From an uncultured Gammaproteobacteria bacterium (GTDB lineage Bacteria > Cyanobacteriota > Vampirovibrionia > Gastranaerophilales > Gastranaerophilaceae): 25,342 nucleotides of DNA. The stretch covers positions 1 to 25,342 of the forward strand of contig CAYJMX010000001.1 of assembly GCA_964371485.1 (NCBI GenBank). Reading direction: 5' to 3'. The translations under genes were made by a program, and so were the position numbers. This document shows, piece after piece, positions 18,914-25,342 of the stretch. Position 1 is the first letter of the stretch. Every line of letters starts with the position of its first letter. Below the pieces are notes generated by a model that made no database searches, was not told the origin of the DNA, and saw only the letters and a list, made by a program, of their open reading frames with translations.

Positions 18914-20818
18914 ATGGGTAAAAATCAATCAACAGGAGTTTATATAATTGTAGGTATTATAGCTTTATTGCTTGCGGTAGTTGCCTTTGCTGGGCCTAGC
19001 ACAACAAGCGCTGATTTATCATACAGTGAGTTTGTTAAGAAAGTTAAAAACAATGAAATTGCTAGTGTGCAAATTGCCGGAACTACAATTGCTGCTATTC
19101 CGCATGATGCTATTGTTAAACCACAGGGTGAAACGCAAGATGGTCAAAAGCAAACTCCATCAACAAGCATGATTGCATTGTCTCATATGAATGCGCCTGC
19201 AACTTTTCAATATAAAGTCCAAATTCCTCAAAATGACGATACTATTATGCCTTTATTAAATAAACACGGTGTAGACATTAGCGTTAAAAAGCCACAAGAA
19301 GGCTCGTTTATGGGCACTCTTGGTTCATTCCTTGTGCCATTGTTCTTCATTGGTTTAATTATCTTCCTTTTAAGAGGTATCCAACAAGGCGGATCTTCAG
19401 CTATGAATTTTGGAAAATCTCGCGCAAAATTGATGCAAGAAAGCAAGGTTAAAATTACTTTTTCTGATGTTGCTGGTATTGATGAAGAAAAGCAAGAGCT
19501 TGAAGAAATTGTTGATTTCTTAAAAAATGGCGAAAAATATATTAAATTAGGCGCTAAAATCCCAAAAGGCGTGCTTTTAGTTGGCGTACCAGGAACAGGT
19601 AAAACCTTAATGGCAAAAGCGGTAGCTGGTGAAGCTGGTGTTCCGTTTTTCTCAATCTCTGGTTCAGACTTTGTTGAAATGTTCGTTGGTGTAGGTGCTT
19701 CTCGTGTAAGAGATTTATTTGAGCAAGCAAAAAAACACCAACCTTGTATTATATTTATTGATGAAATTGATGCCGTTGGACGTCAGCGTGGAGCTGGTAT
19801 GGGCGGTGGACACGACGAGCGTGAACAAACGCTTAACCAACTATTAGTTGAGATGGATGGTTTTGACGAAAATACGAATATCATCATACTAGCTGCTACA
19901 AACAGACCTGATATTTTAGACAATGCACTTTTAAGACCAGGCAGATTTGATAGACAAATTATAATCAATCGCCCTGATATCTTGGGAAGAGAGCAAATCC
20001 TTAGTGTGCATGCTCAAAATAAGCCTATTTCATCAAATGTTGATTTAAAGGTGTTAGCAAAGCGTACTCCAGGGTTTACTGGTGCCGATTTGCAGAATTT
20101 ACTAAACGAAGCGGCACTTTTAAGTGCTAGATATGATAAGTCTGAAATTTCTATGGATCATATAGAACAAGCCATTGATAAAGTGATGGCGGGCCCAGAA
20201 AAGAAATCTAGAATTATTTCTGATGAAGAAAAAGAAAATACAGCATACCATGAAGTAGGGCACGCGCTACTTGCAAGCTTGCTTGAAGACTGCGACCCAT
20301 TGCATAAGGTTTCAATAATCCCTCGTGGTATGGCACTTGGTATTACAACAGTGTTGCCAGAGAAGGATCATTTGACTCTTAAAAAATCTCAAATCCTAGA
20401 TAGGATTACTATGATTTTAGGTGGTAGAGTGGCTGAAGAATTAATTTATGGGGCGCAATCCATTACAACTGGTGCACAAAATGACCTAGAAAAAGTTTCA
20501 GCACTTGCAAGAAAAATGGTTATGGTTTATGGCATGAGTGAAAAAATGGGCAACCTTGCTTATGGCAAAAGCCAAGAACACGTGTTTATGGGGCGTGATT
20601 TTGGGCATTCTAGAGATTACTCTGATAAAATCGCTGCTGAAATTGATAATGAAGTAAAAGCAATTGTTGATAATCAGTACAATGAGGCAAAAAGAATATT
20701 ATCAGAAAATGAAGATATGCTTAGAAAAATTTCAAAAGAATTACTTGAGCGAGAAACGCTTGATGACGTTGAATTTACTGAAATTATGAATAAAATTAAA
20801 GAGCAAAGAAACGCATAG
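18914..20818 (+). CDS. ftsH: ATP-dependent zinc metalloprotease FtsH
   Basis: Two TMs, GTGKT Walker [22 protein letters not shown] zinc motif. Start set to ATG 18914 after GAGGA. Confidence 0.98.
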   Translation: MGKNQSTGVYIIVGIIALLLAVVAFAGPSTTSADLSYSEFVKKVKNNEIASVQIAGTTIAAIPHDAIVKPQGETQDGQKQTPSTSMIALSHMNAPATFQYKVQIPQNDDTIMPLLNKHGVDISVKKPQEGSFMGTLGSFLVPLFFIGLIIFLLRGIQQGGSSAMNFGKSRAKLMQESKVKITFSDVAGIDEEKQELEEIVDFLKNGEKYIKLGAKIPKGVLLVGVPGTGKTLMAKAVAGEAGVPFFSISGSDFVEMFVGVGASRVRDLFEQAKKHQPCIIFIDEIDAVGRQRGAGMGGGHDEREQTLNQLLVEMDGFDENTNIIILAATNRPDILDNALLRPGRFDRQIIINRPDILGREQILSVHAQNKPISSNVDLKVLAKRTPGFTGADLQNLLNEAALLSARYDKSEISMDHIEQAIDKVMAGPEKKSRIISDEEKENTAYHEVGHALLASLLEDCDPLHKVSIIPRGMALGITTVLPEKDHLTLKKSQILDRITMILGGRVAEELIYGAQSITTGAQNDLEKVSALARKMVMVYGMSEKMGNLAYGKSQEHVFMGRDFGHSRDYSDKIAAEIDNEVKAIVDNQYNEAKRILSENEDMLRKISKELLERETLDDVEFTEIMNKIKEQRNA

Positions 20819-20821
20819 AAT

Positions 20822-21706
20822 ATGAAAAATCTTGATGTCTTTGATGTTGATTTTTCATTAAATCCAAGTTCAAATTTACGATTTGGAATTGAAGTGCTCA
20901 CTCATACTTATTCTAATTTTTCTCCTGTCCTTAAAAATTATTGGACAGAGGATGTAATTTCAAATCCTGTTGAGTGGTTTAAAATAGCACAAGAGAAGGC
21001 AATGGAAAATAGTTTAGACTTTATTTCTTTAAATCTATCTGGTGCTGAACCTGCTTGCATTGAAGATGCTAGCGAGTTGTTTGATTATTATAAAAGTATA
21101 TTAACTAAAATTCAAAACGAGTTGAAAATGCCACTAGTCCTAAATTTGAGCTCAATTTCTTCTTTTGATGTGCAAATTTTAAATGCAATTTTTCCAATAT
21201 TAAAAACGCCCGTTGTTATTTCTTCAATTGTCGCAAGTAACTACAAAGAAATAATTAAGATGTCTAAAAAATATGACATTGAACACAAATTTATTTTAAG
21301 AACTCCAATTGATATTAACCTTACTAAGGAATTAAATATTTTATCAATTGATGCGGGATTAAAGCCAGAGCAGATAATTATCGATCCTGATATGGGATGT
21401 GTGGGCTATGGACTCGATTATGGCTATAGTATAATCGAGAGAATATCGCTTGCCCGAGGTAATGATAAAATGCTTGATATGCCAATAATTGCTTTTGTTG
21501 GATGTGAATCATACAAGGCAAAGGAAACTAAAAGTGAAGATTTCACTGGCTCTTGGGGTGATTTAAATAATCGCGCCATTATGTGGGAAACGACAACTGG
21601 TTCCGCTTTAATAGCTTCTGGCGCCAATTTTATTGTTAATTACCATATGGAAGCTGCTGTTGCGCTTAAAAAAATGTATTGCGAGGCAAAATGTCAATCG
21701 GTGTAA
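20822..21706 (+). CDS. acsD: Corrinoid iron-sulfur protein small subunit (AcsD/CdhD), divergent
   Basis: WTEDVISNPVEW, PIDINLTKELN, IIIDP..G.VGYGLDYGYSIIERI, DKMLDMP, KAKE, WG, MWETTT..ALIASGA match AcsD hallmark motifs; adjacent to acsC. Confidence 0.88.
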   Translation: MKNLDVFDVDFSLNPSSNLRFGIEVLTHTYSNFSPVLKNYWTEDVISNPVEWFKIAQEKAMENSLDFISLNLSGAEPACIEDASELFDYYKSILTKIQNELKMPLVLNLSSISSFDVQILNAIFPILKTPVVISSIVASNYKEIIKMSKKYDIEHKFILRTPIDINLTKELNILSIDAGLKPEQIIIDPDMGCVGYGLDYGYSIIERISLARGNDKMLDMPIIAFVGCESYKAKETKSEDFTGSWGDLNNRAIMWETTTGSALIASGANFIVNYHMEAAVALKKMYCEAKCQSV

Positions 21707-22821
21707 TGGATATCTTTAAACATCTTCCTGCCTCAAAAAAACTTGAAGGTTCAAATTGCAAAGCTTGCGGGTACGCTACTTGTATGGCATTTGCGCTAAA
21801 GTTATCGAAAAAAGAATGCAAATATGACATCTGCCCTGTTTTTCCAGATGATCTAAAAGAAAAAATTGACTATTCAAACAAGGTTCAACAGCAAACAGTT
21901 ATGCTTGATTCTATAAAAATCGGCGGAGAAACTGTTTTATACAGACACGAAAAAACATTTAATAACCCAACAACTCTTGCAATTAAACTTGAATATGACG
22001 ATAATAATTTTCAAGAGAAATTTGAAAATATTTTAAATTATGAAATCGAGTGCGTTGGAAAAAGCTATAAAGTGGACGCTGTTTATTCAAATTCCATTAA
22101 CGATGAGGATAAAAAAAGGTTAGAACAAGTTGGCATAAGTGTTTTTAGTGATGATTTTTTAAACAAATTGCACGAGGTTAAATATACTTGTCTAAATGAC
22201 ACGCTTGAAGAATTAACCTTTGTGAGAAAAAAAGCCATCATAGATAGAGATGAAAATTACTCTAAACCCACATTTATTAAGCTTTTGGGATCTGATTTTA
22301 TTAATTTAAATGTAGTAGCGAGTGCGATTTTATGCAAATATTCAAATATGATTATTTTTGAAGAATTTTCAAAGGAGCTAATGTCTTCATTAATAACTTT
22401 AAGAATGAATATCTTTACTGACCCACAAAAGCCACTGCAGGTCGAATCTAAGGTGTATGAGTTTAATTCACCTGATGAGAATGCCAATGTGTTTTTGACA
22501 ACAAACTTTGCCTTGAGCTTTTTTGCGGTGGCTAATGAATTGTCTTCTATGCAAAATGGGTCTTATCTTGTTATCACGCCAAGTGATGGAATGAGCGTGC
22601 TTACAGCTTGGTCGGCGCAAAAAATTACAGCTGAAATCGCCTCAAGAGTCGTAAGTGCTAGTGATACTCTTGATAAAGTGAAAAAAAGAAGAATAATTAT
22701 CCCAGGACTTTTATGTGATTTAAAAGAAGAGCTTGAGCAAGCCCTTGTAGATTGGGAGATTGTCGTGGGTACAAATGAGGCTTATAAATTGCCAGAGTTT
22801 GTTAAAAATCTTAATTCTTAG
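21691..22821 (+). CDS. acsC: Corrinoid iron-sulfur protein large subunit (AcsC/CdhE), shortened
   Basis: N-terminal [4Fe-4S] motif NCKACGYATCMAFA..CP, GGETVLYRHEKTF, NIFTDPQKP, TTNFALS, GMSVLTAWSA, IIIPG, W.IVVG..EA. Start set to ATG 21691 after GAGG. Confidence 0.92.
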   Translation: MSIGVMDIFKHLPASKKLEGSNCKACGYATCMAFALKLSKKECKYDICPVFPDDLKEKIDYSNKVQQQTVMLDSIKIGGETVLYRHEKTFNNPTTLAIKLEYDDNNFQEKFENILNYEIECVGKSYKVDAVYSNSINDEDKKRLEQVGISVFSDDFLNKLHEVKYTCLNDTLEELTFVRKKAIIDRDENYSKPTFIKLLGSDFINLNVVASAILCKYSNMIIFEEFSKELMSSLITLRMNIFTDPQKPLQVESKVYEFNSPDENANVFLTTNFALSFFAVANELSSMQNGSYLVITPSDGMSVLTAWSAQKITAEIASRVVSASDTLDKVKKRRIIIPGLLCDLKEELEQALVDWEIVVGTNEAYKLPEFVKNLNS

Positions 22822-23476
22822 ATTTTTTTAATTCCTTGTAATTAGATTTAATGTGCTCATAATTCTCATTTAGCTTATCTTCAATTTGCTTTCTTATGCT
22901 CTCAATAGTTTCATCATTGGCATCTTGTGGCACATAAATTGGGTCACTGTAATATGTTACAAGTGGTGCGCCAAAAAGCGGGAATCTGAATTCATCCCAA
23001 GAATTAAACTTTAAAAACCCTTTTGATTTGCAGTAATAGCTCATAGTTACAATTGGAACACCTGTGATTTTTGCAATTTCAACAATCCCTTTTTTGACAA
23101 TCCTTTTTGGTCCCCTTGGGCCATCAACGGTTATTGCCCCACAATTTCCTTCTTTTAATTTATTTATTAATTCAAGCGATGCCTTTGCTCCACCCTTACT
23201 TTTCGAGCCTCGTACTGTCTTTATGCCAACTCGTTCTGTGGCACCAGCGATTATATCGCCATCTTTTGAGCGACTAATCATAACATATGTCTGCTCTCTT
23301 TTATCAAAAGAATACAAGCCGCATTGATGCGCGTGCCAAAGTGCCAGAATACATTGTCCCTCAGGCATATTGTGATTTTTTGCTTTATAAGTCCAGCTTC
23401 TCATTACAAAAAGAGCTTTTACGACATTGCATAAAAGATTGTGTGTATTATTGTTGTATAAATTAAAAAGTGTCAC
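22811..23476 (-). CDS. DUF374 / lysophospholipid acyltransferase family protein (LpxJ-like)
   Basis: LWH, ISRSKDGD, VRGS, TVDGPRGP, SWD motifs; GTG start with AGGAG RBS inside the end of hisD. Confidence 0.88.
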   Translation of the reverse strand: MTLFNLYNNNTHNLLCNVVKALFVMRSWTYKAKNHNMPEGQCILALWHAHQCGLYSFDKREQTYVMISRSKDGDIIAGATERVGIKTVRGSKSKGGAKASLELINKLKEGNCGAITVDGPRGPKRIVKKGIVEIAKITGVPIVTMSYYCKSKGFLKFNSWDEFRFPLFGAPLVTYYSDPIYVPQDANDETIESIRKQIEDKLNENYEHIKSNYKELKKSKN

Positions 23477-24736
23477 CTATTTTCTCCTTAAATCGCTTGA
23501 TAGCTTGTGGGCAAAAAGCCCCTCTTGTTCTGCTATCATAGAGGCTAATTTTGAAAGCTCCATTGAATATTCTTTTGAAATTTTTTGGTATGTTTGAATT
23601 TTTACAAAATCCATAACACTTAAACCGCCCGTGTATTTTGCGCATTTGTTTGTTGGAAGTACGTGGTTTGTGCCGCTACAATAATCGCCAAACACTTCAG
23701 CGCAATTTTCGCCAATAAATAATGAACCATAATGTATAAATTTATCTACATATTTTTCGCAATCTTCAAAAATAAGCTCTAAATGCTCTGGCGCCCTTTT
23801 GTTTGAAATTTCAATCGCATCTTCAATGTCATCTACCACAACAGCGTAAGATTTTTCAAACGATATTTTTGCTGTGTCTGCTGTTTTTAGGGTTTCAAGA
23901 TGCACCCTAGCACATTCAATAACTTTTTTTGCAAACTCTTCACTTTTGCAAATCAAATATCCTCTAGCATCTAAATCGTGTTCGCATTGAGCAAGGATAT
24001 CAGCACTTATTTTATTAGGACAAGCGGAGTCATCCGCTACCACAAGTACTTCTGATGGGCCAGCTATAAAATCAATTGAACATTGCCCATACACATATTT
24101 TTTTGCATAAGTTACATATTTATTCCCTGGGCCAACAATTTTATCAACAGGCTTAATACTTTGCGTACCATAGGCGAATGCGCTTATTGCTTGTGCTCCA
24201 CCGATTTTATATATTGAAGTTGCACCACTTAGAACGGCTGATACTATTGTTACAGGTGAAATTCTTGGCGATGCCACAATAATTTCTTTAACGCCCGCCA
24301 CAACAGCTGGAGTGCAAGTCATAATAGCTGATGATAGTAGTGGATAATTCCCGCTTGGCACATAACAAAGCACTCTATCAAGTGGCACAATTTTGTGCCC
24401 TAATTGTGAGTTGTTGTATTCTAAATCAAGTGGTTTCAGGCAATCAAATTGAGCTTTTGCGAATTTTTTCACATTTTCAATGCATTTTTTAATGCCCTCT
24501 TGAATATTTTCTGGCACAATTTTAAAGGCTTCATCAATTTCTTGTTGGCTGACTAAAAAGTCATTGCTATTTTTAAAATTGCCATCTTTAAATTTGTTTG
24601 AATAGCTAATTAAAGCCTCATCGCCATTGTTTTTCACATCTTCAATTATTTCTTTGGCACTTATGAGTTCATCAAGTTCTATTTTTTGATAAAATTCGTG
24701 ATTATCATTTAAATCTTTTGCGCTAATTATTTTCAT
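23477..24736 (-). CDS. hisD: Histidinol dehydrogenase HisD
   Basis: YVP.G, GGAQAI, KIVGPGN, AGPSE, LAQCEHD, APEHL, GDYCSGTNHVLPT; coupled to hisIE by TAATG. Confidence 0.94.
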   Translation of the reverse strand: MKIISAKDLNDNHEFYQKIELDELISAKEIIEDVKNNGDEALISYSNKFKDGNFKNSNDFLVSQQEIDEAFKIVPENIQEGIKKCIENVKKFAKAQFDCLKPLDLEYNNSQLGHKIVPLDRVLCYVPSGNYPLLSSAIMTCTPAVVAGVKEIIVASPRISPVTIVSAVLSGATSIYKIGGAQAISAFAYGTQSIKPVDKIVGPGNKYVTYAKKYVYGQCSIDFIAGPSEVLVVADDSACPNKISADILAQCEHDLDARGYLICKSEEFAKKVIECARVHLETLKTADTAKISFEKSYAVVVDDIEDAIEISNKRAPEHLELIFEDCEKYVDKFIHYGSLFIGENCAEVFGDYCSGTNHVLPTNKCAKYTGGLSVMDFVKIQTYQKISKEYSMELSKLASMIAEQEGLFAHKLSSDLRRK

Positions 24737-25342
24737 TATTTTGCCCTTGAAGAAAGATTGTTTATAATGTCTTGCGGTTCAACATCATTTTTTGCCATAA
24801 ATACAAGCAGGTGGTAGATTAAATCCGCTGCTTCCCAAGCAAGCCCGTCGCCTTGCTCAAAGTTTACACTTTCAAAAGCTTCTTCCATAATTTTGCGCTT
24901 TAGATAAAAATCATTTTTGAAAAGCTTTGTTGTGTATGAATTTTCAGGCATTTCTTTTTTTCTATCAAGAATTAAATTATAAAGCTCTTTTGTGCAGAAG
25001 TCTTTGTCCTCAAAACAGCTGAATCTATCTAAATGACAAGCATTTCCCTTTTGTCTTACGCTAAATAGTATTGAATCTTTGTCACAGTCAAATCTGGCTG
25101 CTAGTAATTCTTGTGTGTTGCCCGATGTTAAACCTTTTGTCCAAAGCTCGTTTCTTGAACGGCTAAAATATGTAGCTAGTCCATCATTCAGCGATTTTCT
25201 TAACGATTCCTCATTTGAATATGCCATCATAACAACTTGTTTTGTATCGACATCTTGAACTATTGTTGGAATTAAATTGTCGCACTTTTTAAAATCCATA
25301 ATCGCGCAAAACGCGTCTGTTAAATCGATTTTTCCTGTATAA
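24736..25342 (-). CDS. hisIE: HisIE (PR-AMP cyclohydrolase / PR-ATP pyrophosphatase), probably the C-terminal part of a longer fusion running off the right edge
   Basis: HisI motifs SRSR..LW.KG.TSGN, DCD.D, ACH..R.SCF; HisE motifs SYT.KL, KI.EEA.E, EAADL.YH. The frame stays open upstream of ATG 25299 to the window edge (YTGKIDLTDAFCAI). Confidence 0.9.
   Translation of the reverse strand, partial: YTGKIDLTDAFCAIMDFKKCDNLIPTIVQDVDTKQVVMMAYSNEESLRKSLNDGLATYFSRSRNELWTKGLTSGNTQELLAARFDCDKDSILFSVRQKGNACHLDRFSCFEDKDFCTKELYNLILDRKKEMPENSYTTKLFKNDFYLKRKIMEEAFESVNFEQGDGLAWEAADLIYHLLVFMAKNDVEPQDIINNLSSRAK

Noticed and set aside
21691..22821. HgcA mercury methylase as identity of the CdhE-like gene
   Set aside because: No N(V/I)WCA(A/G)GK cap helix, no C-terminal TM region and no hgcB ferredoxin; it has the AcsC-type SVLTAW motif, an N-terminal Fe-S domain and an AcsD partner.
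20822..22821. Evidence of autotrophy or a full Wood-Ljungdahl pathway
   Set aside because: CODH, ACS and methyltransferase genes are absent from the window; two subunits alone do not support the claim.
3028..23645. Short overlapping ORFs in the track (3028-3276, 4079-4282, 6623-7249, 7684-7887, 8995-9192, 10762-10962, 16426-16683, 16891-17250, 18981-19172, 19228-19446, 19783-19968, 20674-20901, 21424-21627, 22257-22487, 23064-23327, 23463-23645)
   Set aside because: All lie antisense or out of frame on well-supported genes and show no recognisable motifs; treated as shadow ORFs.
23477..24736. HisD paralogue such as HpsN
   Set aside because: Direct coupling to hisIE supports ordinary histidinol dehydrogenase.
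1..25342. tRNA, rRNA, CRISPR array, IS/prophage or defence system
   Set aside because: Intergenic gaps are all under about 150 nt with no cloverleaf or repeat-spacer pattern; no transposase, integrase, phage or defence-nuclease ORFs were recognised.

Overview
AT-rich, densely packed chromosomal housekeeping region with no RNA genes, mobile elements or CRISPR that I can support. Gene order: partial Gfo/Idh/MocA oxidoreductase (-); WecG/TagA glycosyltransferase, two-part transketolase, ftsE, ftsX, HDOD protein (+); ruvB and ArsB/NhaD transporter (-); secA (+); TIGR01212-type radical SAM (-); surE, thiS, purH, MFS, 85-aa orphan, maf, corA (+); HI0933-type flavoprotein and folK (-); ftsH, acsD, acsC (+); DUF374 acyltransferase, hisD, hisIE (-). 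RuvB and SurE carry cyanobacteria-like signatures and no photosynthesis genes are present, which suggests a non-photosynthetic Cyanobacteriota relative (Melainabacteria/Gastranaerophilales-like; inference). The standout is an orphan, shortened corrinoid iron-sulfur protein pair (AcsD+AcsC) directly behind ftsH with no other Wood-Ljungdahl gene in the window, pointing to a stand-alone cobamide methyl-carrier. Secondary points are a probable HisA-like-HisIE fusion running off the right edge, an orphan 85-aa gene behind an RpaB/HLR1-like tandem repeat, and two perfect palindromes in promoter regions.
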